A DNA stretch of 64,000 nucleotides. Source: Cellvibrionales bacterium (GTDB taxonomy: Bacteria; Pseudomonadota; Gammaproteobacteria; Pseudomonadales; UBA7434). The translations under genes and the position numbers were made by a program. Of this stretch, positions 10,927 to 20,778 are shown in pieces. Location: the NCBI GenBank assembly GCA_042090785.1, contig JBELIP010000008.1, forward strand, positions 18,763 through 82,762, written 5' to 3'. The notes beneath the pieces were generated by a model. The model saw nothing but the letters and a program-made list of their open reading frames with translations, was not told the DNA's origin and did no database searches. The first letter of the stretch is position 1, and every line of letters starts with the position of its first letter.

Positions 10927-11056
10927 AAAGTTTTTAGTTGATTGATTACTTTACGCCTCAATCCGATAACTAGACCATTTAAGTCAGTAAATAGGTGGCA
11001 AAAGCCATCACCCAGTATATTAATCTTAACAACCAAAATTAGAAGGATAACGTCCT

Positions 11057-12817
11057 ATGCACAGCTACACAGCCCCCTTAAAAGAGATGCGTTTTGTCAT
11101 GAAAGAACTCTCTGATCTTGAGGAAATTTGTGCACTACCCGGTCACGATGATATTGATGTTGAAACCGTCGACGCCGTTCTTGAAGAAGGTGCAAAATTC
11201 GCCTCAGAGGTGCTAGCACCCCTGAATGTCAGTGGCGACCGTGCTGGCTCACAAATGAATGATGACGGTGTTGTTCAAGCGCCTGGTTTTAAAGAAGCCT
11301 ACGAACAATACACTGCCGGTGGTTGGACAACGATGCCTTGCGAACCCGAGTTTGGTGGTATGGGCATGCCTCACATAGCCTCTTCAGCAGCCAGTGAAAT
11401 GTGGGCATCATCCAACCTCGCATTTTCAATTGGCCCTATGTTGTCGATTGGTGCGATTAGTGCGCTCGAGAAACATTCTGATGCAGCGTTAAAACAGAAA
11501 TTCCTGACTAAAATGATTAGCGGCGAATGGACTGGCACCATGAATTTAACCGAGCCACAAGCGGGCTCTGATTTAGCGGCGGTAAGAACAAAAGCCGAAC
11601 CTAATGGCGATCACCATTTGATTACTGGTACCAAGATTTATATTTCTTGGGGCGACCATCAAATGACAGACAATATTATTCACTTGGTACTTGCTAGAAC
11701 ACCTGGCGCACCTAAAGGTGTTAAAGGTATTTCAATGTTTATTGTGCCCAAATATCACGTGAATGATGATGGTTCTTGTGGTGAGCGCAACGATGTTGTT
11801 TGTAGCTCAATCGAACATAAAATGGGTATTCATGCCAGCCCTACTTGCGTCATGAACTATGGTGAAAACGGTGGTGCAAAAGGCTTTTTAGTGGGCGAAG
11901 AAAACCAAGGCCTGAAATACATGTTCACCATGATGAACGGCGCACGCTTACACGTAGGCATAGAAGGTGTAGCAATAGGCGAAAGCGCTTATCAGCATGC
12001 TGTTCGTTATGCTAAAGATCGTGTTCAAGGCGCACCATTAGGACAAGTTGAACCTAACACTATTATTAAGCATGGTGATATCCGCAGAATGCTAATGCAA
12101 ATGCGTGCGCTTAACGAAGCTGGACGTGCCATTAACTACTACGCTGCAGGTGCACTGGACCACGGTGAAAAAGGCAATGAAGCAGCCTACAAGCGTTTAG
12201 AATTTTTAACGCCGATTGCTAAAGGTTGGGCGACTGAAGTGGCACAAGAAGTCACCTCTCTCGGCTTACAAATTCATGGCGGCATGGGTTTTGTCGAAGA
12301 AACGGGCGCAGCACAATTTATGCGTGACGCTCGCATTATCACTATTTACGAAGGCACTACCGGCATTCAAGCACTGGACTTAATCGGCAGAAAAATACTG
12401 CGTGATGGTGGTACAGAATTAATGAGCATGATGGGTGAAGTACAAAGCACTTTAGATACACTAAAAAGTGACCACCCGAATCTTACAAGCATTACTGAAG
12501 AATTAGGCATTGGTCTGCAACAATGGCAAAACGCTAGCCAGGATATTTCACAACGTGTGCTAGAAGATATTGATCTTGTTGGCACCAGCTCGGTGAATTT
12601 TTTAATGCTTAGTGGAACCGTGCTCGGTGGCTGGTTACTGGCCAAATCAGCAATGATTGCTGAAGCCAAAATGGATACTGACGAGCCATTCTTTAGCGCT
12701 AAAATAGCGACTGCCAATTTCTATGCCAGTCATATTATGCCTCGTGCCACAGCATTTGCTAAAGCAGCGGTAGCTGACAGCAGTGATGTCATGGGTCTAA
12801 GCGAAGATCAGTTTTAA
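11057..12817 (+). CDS. Long-type acyl-CoA dehydrogenase (FadE-like, ~590 aa class with C-terminal extension)
   Basis: 586 aa. ACAD core motifs are present: EPQAGSDLAAVRT, GLQIHGGMGFVEE, and IYEGTTGIQALDL with the catalytic Glu. AAGGA lies upstream of the ATG. Confidence 0.9.
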   Translation: MHSYTAPLKEMRFVMKELSDLEEICALPGHDDIDVETVDAVLEEGAKFASEVLAPLNVSGDRAGSQMNDDGVVQAPGFKEAYEQYTAGGWTTMPCEPEFGGMGMPHIASSAASEMWASSNLAFSIGPMLSIGAISALEKHSDAALKQKFLTKMISGEWTGTMNLTEPQAGSDLAAVRTKAEPNGDHHLITGTKIYISWGDHQMTDNIIHLVLARTPGAPKGVKGISMFIVPKYHVNDDGSCGERNDVVCSSIEHKMGIHASPTCVMNYGENGGAKGFLVGEENQGLKYMFTMMNGARLHVGIEGVAIGESAYQHAVRYAKDRVQGAPLGQVEPNTIIKHGDIRRMLMQMRALNEAGRAINYYAAGALDHGEKGNEAAYKRLEFLTPIAKGWATEVAQEVTSLGLQIHGGMGFVEETGAAQFMRDARIITIYEGTTGIQALDLIGRKILRDGGTELMSMMGEVQSTLDTLKSDHPNLTSITEELGIGLQQWQNASQDISQRVLEDIDLVGTSSVNFLMLSGTVLGGWLLAKSAMIAEAKMDTDEPFFSAKIATANFYASHIMPRATAFAKAAVADSSDVMGLSEDQF

Positions 12818-12851
12818 AGTCTTAGTTTTTTGCTTATAAATTCCTCAAAAT

Positions 12852-12887
12852 AAGTGCTTGCGCCCGGTCATCGGGCGTAAGTGCCTT
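12852..12887 (+). terminator. GC-rich stem-loop after the acyl-CoA dehydrogenase gene (no U-tract; terminator or REP-like hairpin)
   Basis: AAGTGCTTGCGCCCG-gtcat-CGGGCGTAAGTGCCTT forms a stem of about 13 bp including G-U pairs. It starts 35 nt after the stop codon. Confidence 0.35.
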
Positions 12888-13133
12888 ATAGTCAGTTAGC
12901 TCTTCAGAATCGCTACAACTTATCTTTTGTTTAGCCTTTTAAAAATTGCAAAATATCAGTGCGTATCGTGTTAGTATCGACCTAACATATACCATAAATA
13001 CGTATAAAAAATGGCTCAAGCTTCAAGCTGATCAACTGACTAAACAACTGATTAAAAATTATTAAATACAAATCAGCCTGTCAGCTTAAAACGTTTGAAT
13101 CTAAGGACCAAGAATAAGTTTTAGGGGCTAAAA

Positions 13134-14231
13134 ATGGTACAAGCAGCAATTACTGGCTGGGGTAAATGTTTACCGCCAGGCATTCTCAATAATCATGATC
13201 TTTCAACTCTTGTTGACACTAACGATGAATGGATCTTTAGCCGAACAGGCATGAAAGAGCGACGCATTTCTCATGTGCCAGTGAGTGATTTAGCCCATAT
13301 AGCCTGTGAAAGAGCGTTAGCCTGCGCAGGAAAAACGGCCGACCAAGTAGACATGATTATTTTTGGCAGTTGCTCTTACGACTCTCAAGTTCCCAATGCT
13401 TCTTCTCAAGTTCAAAATTTATTGGGGGCAAAAAACGCAGCCTGTATGGACCTAAACACGGCATGCACCAGCGGCATGTATGCCATGTCTGTTGGCAATG
13501 CAATGATCCAAGCCGGCACAATTAAAAACGCTTTAATTATTGGCGCTGAAGTTATCAGCCCTTTTATGGATTGGAGCGATAGAAGTGTTGCTATTTTATT
13601 TGGTGATGGTGCAGCGGCTTTTTATCTTGAAGCTGACCACAGCGGTACAGAAACAGGATTACAAGCCGAAGCATTAGGCTGCTATGGCGAATCACGCGAT
13701 ATACTTGCCGTTGAGGGTGTTGGACTTAAGTACGCCAATAAAGGCTGGCCATTAGGCACTACGAGCTGGAACTTTGAAGGGCAGAACATTTTTAAAAGCG
13801 CTATTAAAGGAATGTATTTAGGCTGCCAGCAAGCAATAGAAAAACAAGGCATAAAACGCAGTGATATTGATGTTGTGGTTCCCCACCAAGCCAACTTACG
13901 CATTATTGAATTACTCGCCGGCAAACTGGATTTACCTGCTGCAAAGCTGTTTGTTAATGTTCACCGTTACGGCAATATGTCAGCAGCAACCGCACCGGTT
14001 GCAATAGTCGAAGCGGTTGAAGAAGGCGTTATTGAAAGTGGCAGCTTAATATTAGTGCCTGCATTTGGCGCAGGCTTAACATGGAGCGCGCAACTCATTC
14101 GTTGGGGCGACCGCTGCAAACCAATCGCCGACTGTGATGTAGAGCTACCAGAAACATCAATGAGCGGTTTAGAAATTGTTGAACAATGCTTGGCTGCACA
14201 CAAAGAAAACCCAATTCCTGACAAGGCATAA
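13134..14231 (+). CDS. KAS III (FabH-family) 3-oxoacyl synthase with ~40-aa C-terminal extension
   Basis: 365 aa. The Cys-His-Asn triad motifs are intact: NTACTSGMYAM, VVPHQANLRII and HRYGNMSAATAP. The AFGAGLTW tail motif is also present. Confidence 0.85.
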   Translation: MVQAAITGWGKCLPPGILNNHDLSTLVDTNDEWIFSRTGMKERRISHVPVSDLAHIACERALACAGKTADQVDMIIFGSCSYDSQVPNASSQVQNLLGAKNAACMDLNTACTSGMYAMSVGNAMIQAGTIKNALIIGAEVISPFMDWSDRSVAILFGDGAAAFYLEADHSGTETGLQAEALGCYGESRDILAVEGVGLKYANKGWPLGTTSWNFEGQNIFKSAIKGMYLGCQQAIEKQGIKRSDIDVVVPHQANLRIIELLAGKLDLPAAKLFVNVHRYGNMSAATAPVAIVEAVEEGVIESGSLILVPAFGAGLTWSAQLIRWGDRCKPIADCDVELPETSMSGLEIVEQCLAAHKENPIPDKA

Positions 14232-14442
14232 ATGTAACTAGGCCTATAATATTTGTGATGATGATGATATCCAAAGCCATTAAATGAGTGTTCATATGCG
14301 TATTCAATTTACGCTATAATTTATTTAGCTTCTCTGCATTCATAAATGTTCTGCATGGTTTAAATGCAAATAATTTAATTGCAAAGCTACTATTCAATAT
14401 ACGAGTCAACATACGAGGGTTTTGATTTTGGAAAGAGAATCA

Positions 14443-16080
14443 ATGGAGTTTGACGTTGTCATCGTTGGTGCTGGCCCCGCAGGCTTGTCCACCGCATGTA
14501 AACTCGCACAACTGGCCGCGGAAAACGAAAAAGAAATCAGCATTTGCGTGGTTGAAAAAGGCTCTGAAGTCGGCGCACATATTTTGTCGGGAGCAGTGCT
14601 TGATCCTAAAGCAATGAATGAATTGTTTCCTGACTGGCAAGCCATGAGAGCACCGTTGAATGTGCCGGTGAGCAAAGATCAAGTGATGTTTATGTTTGGC
14701 CAATCTAACGCGATTAAAGTGCCGTTGCTGTTTACTCCTGGCTTTCACAACCAAGGCAACTATGTCGTTAGCCTTGCTAACATTTGTCGCTGGCTAGCTG
14801 AACAAGCCGAAGGCATGGGCGTAGAAGTATATCCAGGCTTTGCCGCCGCCGAAGTTTTATACCATGAAGACGGCAGCGTTAAAGGTGTCGCCACTGGTGA
14901 TATGGGCGTCAGCGAAGCCGGTGAACACAAAGACAGTTATATGCCCGGCATGGAACTCCATGCTAAGTACACCGTATTTTCTGAAGGCTGTCGCGGCAAC
15001 TTAGGTAAAGAATTAATTGCAAAATTTGAGCTTGATAAAGATCGCGACCCTCAGCATTACGGTTTAGGCTTTAAAGAAATTTGGGAAATTGACCCTGCTA
15101 AACATCAAGCGGGTTTGGTTGTTCATACCATGGGCTGGCCGGCAACAAAAAATACCGTATCAGGCTCTTATCTTTATCATGGCGAAGGCAATCAAGTGGC
15201 TTTGGGTTATGTGGTTCCGCTCAGTTATGAAAACCCACATTTATCACCGTTTGATGAATTCCAACAGTGGAAACAGCACAGTGCGATTCGCCACTATCTA
15301 GAAGGTGGTAAACGTATTACTTATGGTGCTCGCGCCCTTATCAAAGGCGGCCCACAATCTAGACCTAAAATGTCATTTCCAGGCGGCCTATTAGTTGGCG
15401 ACGATGCCGGCACGTTAAACTTTGCACGCATTAAAGGCAGCCACACGGCAATGAAATCCGGTTTAATTGCTGCCGAAACCTTGTATGGCGCATTAACTAC
15501 AGATGCTTCAGACGGCCATAGCGACCTTACGGGCTATGCAGAGCATTTTGATCAGTCATGGCTTAATACAGAGCTAACTAAATGGCGTAACTTCGGCCCG
15601 CTGATACATAAATTTGGTGGCATTGTTGGCGGCGCATTAGCCTTTATTGAACAAGGTATATTCCAAGGCAAACTGCCCTTCACTTTAAAGGACTCAACAC
15701 CCGATTACAGCACACTGAAATCGGCAGCTAGCATGCCGAAAATTGAATACCCAAAACCCGACAATGTCATTAGCTTTGATAAATTGTCTTCGGTATTTTT
15801 ATCGAATACCAACCACGAAGAAGATCAGCCTTGTCACTTAACATTGCGCGATCCCAATGTGCCTATTCAGCACAATTTACCGCTGTATGATGAACCTGCG
15901 CAACGCTACTGCCCTGCCGGTGTTTATGAAATTGTTGAAAGTGCTGAGGGCAGTAAACAGTTTCAAATTAACGCGCAAAACTGTGTGCACTGTAAAACCT
16001 GTGACATTAAAGACCCCACGCAGAATATTGTTTGGGTGACACCTGAAGGAACTGGCGGACCCAACTATCCAAATATGTAG
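14443..16080 (+). CDS. Electron transfer flavoprotein-ubiquinone oxidoreductase (ETF-QO)
   Basis: The start was trimmed from the TTG at 14422 to the in-frame ATG at 14443 (MEFDVVIVGAGPAGLS, an FAD GxGxxG motif). The C-terminal 4Fe-4S motif is CPAGVYE...NCVHCKTCDIKDP. Confidence 0.93.
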   Translation: MEFDVVIVGAGPAGLSTACKLAQLAAENEKEISICVVEKGSEVGAHILSGAVLDPKAMNELFPDWQAMRAPLNVPVSKDQVMFMFGQSNAIKVPLLFTPGFHNQGNYVVSLANICRWLAEQAEGMGVEVYPGFAAAEVLYHEDGSVKGVATGDMGVSEAGEHKDSYMPGMELHAKYTVFSEGCRGNLGKELIAKFELDKDRDPQHYGLGFKEIWEIDPAKHQAGLVVHTMGWPATKNTVSGSYLYHGEGNQVALGYVVPLSYENPHLSPFDEFQQWKQHSAIRHYLEGGKRITYGARALIKGGPQSRPKMSFPGGLLVGDDAGTLNFARIKGSHTAMKSGLIAAETLYGALTTDASDGHSDLTGYAEHFDQSWLNTELTKWRNFGPLIHKFGGIVGGALAFIEQGIFQGKLPFTLKDSTPDYSTLKSAASMPKIEYPKPDNVISFDKLSSVFLSNTNHEEDQPCHLTLRDPNVPIQHNLPLYDEPAQRYCPAGVYEIVESAEGSKQFQINAQNCVHCKTCDIKDPTQNIVWVTPEGTGGPNYPNM

Positions 16081-16104
16081 TTATGCATTGCCGCCAAAAC
16101 CATT

Positions 16105-16149
16105 CAAAAAAAGCCGCTAATGGATATAATCTATTAGCGGCTTTTTTTG
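16105..16149. terminator. Bidirectional intrinsic terminator between convergent ETF-QO and HDOD genes
   Basis: AGCCGCTAAT...ATTAGCGGCT is a perfect 10-bp stem, flanked by A6 on the left and T7 on the right. Confidence 0.7.
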
Positions 16150-16167
16150 AATGGCGTTATCAACGGG

Positions 16168-17010
16168 TCATGCAATTTTTTCTATTTGCATGCTGGACAA
16201 TAAATCGATATTAAAAATAGCTTCGACAGAAGGCACCGCACTAATCACTCGCGATACAACTTCGGCATAATTATCTTCGCCTAAATGTGCTAACGCACCT
16301 AACAAAATATCACTGACGTACTCTTCTTCTGGTACGTCTGACAACCATTGTTCAGACACAACACCTGCCAATGAAGCAGCATAGACCAAATCAGTTTGTT
16401 TAAAATCTAGCTGCTCTGAGTCAAATAAAAGACAGTGACTTCGCTCAACAACATCAATAATTTTTTTAGGGAAACGCCAGCTCTTTAATAACAAAGCGCC
16501 AGCTTCAGCATGATCCATACCCCAATTACGCTGCTCCAACAAAACAAGATCATAGTGGTTTCTAGCCGTGTTATACATCGTAATATATTCATCACCCAGC
16601 ACTTCACTAAGCACTAATATACCAACATCTTGTAACATAGCGGCTACATAGATATCGCCTCGGCTTAGTCCAGCAATACTGTCGCCTAGCTCACTAGCAA
16701 CCAACGCAGTTAAAATACTTTTACGCCAGTAACGCTGATGATCAAATGTGTATGACGACGATTCACTATCACGAAGCATTTTTATAAGTGCTGATGACAA
16801 AGCAACACTCATCGCTAAATTCACGCCGAGTATGGCAATGGCCTGCGTAACGTTTGTGACTTCACGCCGAAACGGAAAAAAAGAGGAGTTAGTTATTTGA
16901 AACAGCTTTGCCGACAAGGCCGGATCTTGGCTAATAACCCCCGCCACTTTCGCCGCATAAAGGTCTTCATCATTGTGGAGCTCAATGATTTTTATTGCAA
17001 TTGCAGGCAA
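16168..17010 (-). CDS. HDOD domain protein (putative signalling protein)
   Basis: 280 aa. HDOD hallmarks are present: LPAIAIKIIEL, DPALSAKLFQITNSSFF, VTQAIAILGVN and MLQDVGILVL. The only available start is a TTG, with an in-frame TAA two codons upstream (see findings). Confidence 0.75.
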   Translation of the reverse strand: MPAIAIKIIELHNDEDLYAAKVAGVISQDPALSAKLFQITNSSFFPFRREVTNVTQAIAILGVNLAMSVALSSALIKMLRDSESSSYTFDHQRYWRKSILTALVASELGDSIAGLSRGDIYVAAMLQDVGILVLSEVLGDEYITMYNTARNHYDLVLLEQRNWGMDHAEAGALLLKSWRFPKKIIDVVERSHCLLFDSEQLDFKQTDLVYAASLAGVVSEQWLSDVPEEEYVSDILLGALAHLGEDNYAEVVSRVISAVPSVEAIFNIDLLSSMQIEKIA

Positions 17011-17418
17011 TACGGGTTAATTATCACAAGCAACAATACGCTGGGCAAGATTAGAAATCATAGAATATATCGAATGTAAAAGAAAAATAAATAACAAAGC
17101 TAAAACAAGTGTAGACACACTTTAACAACACCTCGTTAATTCTTTACAATTCAAGCTATCATTCCAACGAAAAAAGAGACACCGTTCGAAAAAATGCCCA
17201 TCCTATTTTTTAATCAACCAGAACGAGCTCATAATACAACATTTAAGCTTTAACTTTTTCTCAAATATTACGTCGATAAAACGAAAAATGGCCATCAGAA
17301 TAAACCCTGACAGCCATTGTTCATTTAAAGGTGTAGATCGTTTTTTGCTTAACTAATGACTACTAAAAATCACGCCACGCTCATACTAAGCCAGTGTTCT
17401 ACCACAAAAGATAAACAA

Positions 17419-18585
17419 CTAGAGCGAGCGCACGCTAATAACGCCATCAACTTTCGACAGCTGCTCTAGCATAACCTCTGATGGCGACTGATCAATATCA
17501 ATCAAGTTGTAAGCAATCTCGCCACGACTCTTATTGAGTAAGTCGATAACATTAATATTATGCTCTGCCAAAATAGACGTAATACTGCCCAGCATATTTG
17601 TGACATTCTTATTGGATACCGATAAGCGATAACCGGTTGTTCGCTCTAATACTGCATGAGGGAAATTAACCGAATTCACAATATTACCGTTTTCCAAATA
17701 ATCTTGAAGTTGATTAGCTGCCATAACTGCGCAGTTCTCTTCTGCTTCGTCTGTGCTAGCACCTATGTGCGGCATCAATATCATATCATCTCGACCAATC
17801 ATCCCAGGCTTGGGAAAATCGGCAATATAAGCACCTAAAACACCGGCATCTAACGAATCAATGACTGCATCGCCATCAACAATTTCTGAACGGGCAAAGT
17901 TTAATAACTTACAGCCTTTTTTAACCGACTTCAGTGTCTCGGCATTAATTAAATTTCTTGTGGCATCTAATACCGGTAAATGCAAAGTAATAAAATCAGA
18001 CTTAGCTAGCAAGCCATCAAGGCTATCCATTTTTTTAACATCACTTGATAGGCGCCAAGCGGCTTCGATTGAAATTGCGGGGTCATAACCAACAACCTGC
18101 ATTCCCATCATTAAAGCCATATTAGCTACTTGAGAACCAATAGCACCAAGGCCAACAACGCCTAATGTTTTACCTTGTATTTCACTGCCTTTAAAGTTTT
18201 TCTTTTCTTTTTCTAGCAGCTTATTCATGGCATCAGCATCGTCCATGCTGGCAAGTCCATCAACATAAGCAATACCCGAAACAATACCACGTGAACCCAG
18301 TAACAAACCGGCCATAATTAACTCTTTAACCGCATTAGCATTAGCGCCTGGTGCGTTAAAAACCACAACACCTTGTTCGCTACACCAGTCTACTGGCACA
18401 TTATTAACACCCGCACCCGCTCGGCCAATAGCTTTAACGTCAGCTGTAATTTCTTCTGGTTGTAACTTATGGCTGCGCAATAAAATGGCATCAGCGTTTT
18501 CAGCTTCGGGGCTCACACTATAATTAACACCGAATTGATCTAACCCTATCTGGGCAATATTATTAAAAGTTTTTACGTTAAACAC
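17419..18585 (-). CDS. serA: D-3-phosphoglycerate dehydrogenase (D-isomer 2-hydroxyacid dehydrogenase + C-terminal ACT domain)
   Basis: 388 aa with an NAD fold (GKTLGVVGLGAIGSQVA), a catalytic region (PHIGASTDEAE) and an ACT-like tail. The GTG start has GGAGA 8 nt upstream. Confidence 0.85.
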   Translation of the reverse strand: MFNVKTFNNIAQIGLDQFGVNYSVSPEAENADAILLRSHKLQPEEITADVKAIGRAGAGVNNVPVDWCSEQGVVVFNAPGANANAVKELIMAGLLLGSRGIVSGIAYVDGLASMDDADAMNKLLEKEKKNFKGSEIQGKTLGVVGLGAIGSQVANMALMMGMQVVGYDPAISIEAAWRLSSDVKKMDSLDGLLAKSDFITLHLPVLDATRNLINAETLKSVKKGCKLLNFARSEIVDGDAVIDSLDAGVLGAYIADFPKPGMIGRDDMILMPHIGASTDEAEENCAVMAANQLQDYLENGNIVNSVNFPHAVLERTTGYRLSVSNKNVTNMLGSITSILAEHNINVIDLLNKSRGEIAYNLIDIDQSPSEVMLEQLSKVDGVISVRSL

Positions 18586-18739
18586 TCGCTATGTCTCCAA
18601 AACAATACGGCATTAAACCGTATACTTTATAAAATTAAATGGAAATAAAAATTAAAATCGAAGCTGAAGTATAAGAACGACAGCTTCGAAAAAATTGCAC
18701 TCTGGAAGTCAGTACAACGACAATATCAAAAAATAATTA

Positions 18740-20635
18740 TTAAAATCGTTCAATCTCTGCTGTCGATTCTAGAGCTTGCATGTAAGTAGTAATGTCTTGC
18801 TGCCCTACTATATTTTGTAATTGCTGAGCAAAAAGCGCTTTTTCTTGCTCGCTAGATTCATCCGCCTTAGTCTCAACGTTAGTAATGCTATATAAATAAA
18901 CATCACCAGAATTACTGACCAACGACAAAACCTCTTCACCTTCTTTACTAACACGCGGCGCTTCAAAAGCAGCTTTTAAGAGTTCAAAATCAACATCGGT
19001 TGTATTGCGTGACAATGTTGAATTTGATGCCGTGTAACCTGCACTTTTTGCCGCTTCATCTAAAGACTTGCCTTGCGCAATATCTGCTGTAATTGCTTGC
19101 TCAATTAATGCCAATTTAGCGCTACCTTTTTCACGCAACACAATCGGTGAAATTTGAGCTAACACTTCGTCAAGCTGAAGCTGACGAGGCTCAAACACTT
19201 CTTTAACTCGAAGAATAACACTGTGATCAGGTGCCAACTCAACCACATCACTATTTGCTTCGTCTATGAGTACCTCACTACTAAATGCCGCAGTAAGAAT
19301 ACGTTCATCACTTAACAATAAAGACGAGTCAGCAGATAAAACTGGGCCGCTTCGATTGAGAGCTGAAGATGTTTTTACTTCTAAATCGAGCATTTTCGCA
19401 GGCTCATTTAAGTCTGCCGCATTAAAGGCGAGATCGGCAGCTTGCTCAAGCATACCCACATATTTCGCTTGCGCCGCACGAATTTGTATTTGCTCGATAA
19501 TCATGGCACGAGAATCATCAATACTCGCCATTTCAACAACTTCAATGTCATTTACAGTAATTAAATGTAAACCTGCATCAGTCTCAATAGGCTCTGAAAC
19601 CTCATTAAGTGCTAAAGCAAAAATAGCATTTTCAAATGCTTCTGGATAAGTACCGTCTTGCTGGGCATAGCCAAGCGCACCACCCTCTGCGGCACTACCG
19701 CCATCTTGTGAAGCTGTTTTAGCTAGCTCAGCAAAATCCGCACCCGCTTCTATTTGCAATTTCAAGGCAGCTAATTCTTCTAACGCTTGCTCTTTGCTTT
19801 GCTCATCATTAACTTCTAACAAAATATGCGCAACACTTCTACTTTCGCTTTGCTCAAACTGCTCGCTTTGCAAAGCGTATTCAGCAGCTACTTGATCATC
19901 GCTTACAGGCTCGTATAAATCTTCTCGACGCAACTCGATATATTCAATAACGACTTGTTGCTCACTCATATAGTCGGATTGATTAGCTTGATAATAGTCA
20001 AGCGCATCTTCATCAGTCACCACAATATCTTTGATGACATCAGCAACCGGCAATTTTAACCAGTTAACATCGCGACTCTCATTGAAAATATCTAACAAAA
20101 TTTGACTAGAGAAAGGTACCGAAAAATTACTTGCCGCAAGCCCCACAGATAATTGACGCTCTTGAATATCACTGGCAATTTGCGCCTTCAACAAAGGCAA
20201 TGACAGCCTTTGGTTAGCAAGAAAGCCATTCAACAAATCAATAGAAAAACGCCCATCAACTTGAAAGTTAGGCGTGCTCGTAATTAATTTTTCAACCATA
20301 AGATCTGGCACACCCATAGACATGTCGGCCATTGCCTGATTAATCAGCGTTCTACGCGTCAGACTTTCTATAGCTATAGGAGCTAGGTTTTCTTCAGTCA
20401 GCTGCGAATAGTCAGGGTTTTCACCCATTTGAGATAGCATTTGATTTCTAACTATCTGCATTTCTAATAACAGCTCATTCTGATCGATAGTTTCACCATT
20501 AACGTTAAGCACATCGCCTACGCCACCACCATCGACTAACGAACCGACACCAAAGAAAACAAATGGGACAATCATAATGCCCAAAATCACCTTAGCGGCT
20601 TTACCTTTAACATTGTCACGAATTGATCGAAGCAT
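18740..20635 (-). CDS. ppiD: Periplasmic chaperone / peptidyl-prolyl isomerase PpiD
   Basis: The start was trimmed to the ATG at 20635 (MLRSIRDNVKGKAAKVILGIMIVPFVFFG, a signal-anchor like E. coli PpiD). It has a parvulin-like central region and sits in the conserved position after hupB. Confidence 0.85.
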   Translation of the reverse strand: MLRSIRDNVKGKAAKVILGIMIVPFVFFGVGSLVDGGGVGDVLNVNGETIDQNELLLEMQIVRNQMLSQMGENPDYSQLTEENLAPIAIESLTRRTLINQAMADMSMGVPDLMVEKLITSTPNFQVDGRFSIDLLNGFLANQRLSLPLLKAQIASDIQERQLSVGLAASNFSVPFSSQILLDIFNESRDVNWLKLPVADVIKDIVVTDEDALDYYQANQSDYMSEQQVVIEYIELRREDLYEPVSDDQVAAEYALQSEQFEQSESRSVAHILLEVNDEQSKEQALEELAALKLQIEAGADFAELAKTASQDGGSAAEGGALGYAQQDGTYPEAFENAIFALALNEVSEPIETDAGLHLITVNDIEVVEMASIDDSRAMIIEQIQIRAAQAKYVGMLEQAADLAFNAADLNEPAKMLDLEVKTSSALNRSGPVLSADSSLLLSDERILTAAFSSEVLIDEANSDVVELAPDHSVILRVKEVFEPRQLQLDEVLAQISPIVLREKGSAKLALIEQAITADIAQGKSLDEAAKSAGYTASNSTLSRNTTDVDFELLKAAFEAPRVSKEGEEVLSLVSNSGDVYLYSITNVETKADESSEQEKALFAQQLQNIVGQQDITTYMQALESTAEIERF

Positions 20636-20778
20636 ATTGATTTCACTCAAAAAAAAATAGCGCATCATTCCAATAAAATTGATGCGCCATTTTGCGGTTT
20701 TTAACTTTTATCGATAATTTAAATCTTAGACATCAAGCTAAGCACTGACACATGGCATAGCTTTGATCTTAGGTTTAT

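Noticed and set aside
12367-12717. Long antisense ORFs inside real genes (for example 1014-1361, 12367-12717, 14440-14754, 19266-19649, 46680-47111, 8869-9132)
   Set aside because: Each lies fully within a confidently identified gene on the opposite strand and has low-complexity, composition-driven sequence. This is typical shadow-ORF behaviour.
12852-12887. The GC-rich hairpin after the acyl-CoA dehydrogenase gene as a dispersed REP element
   Set aside because: I found no second copy of the stem sequence elsewhere in the window. I kept it only as a low-confidence terminator-like hairpin.
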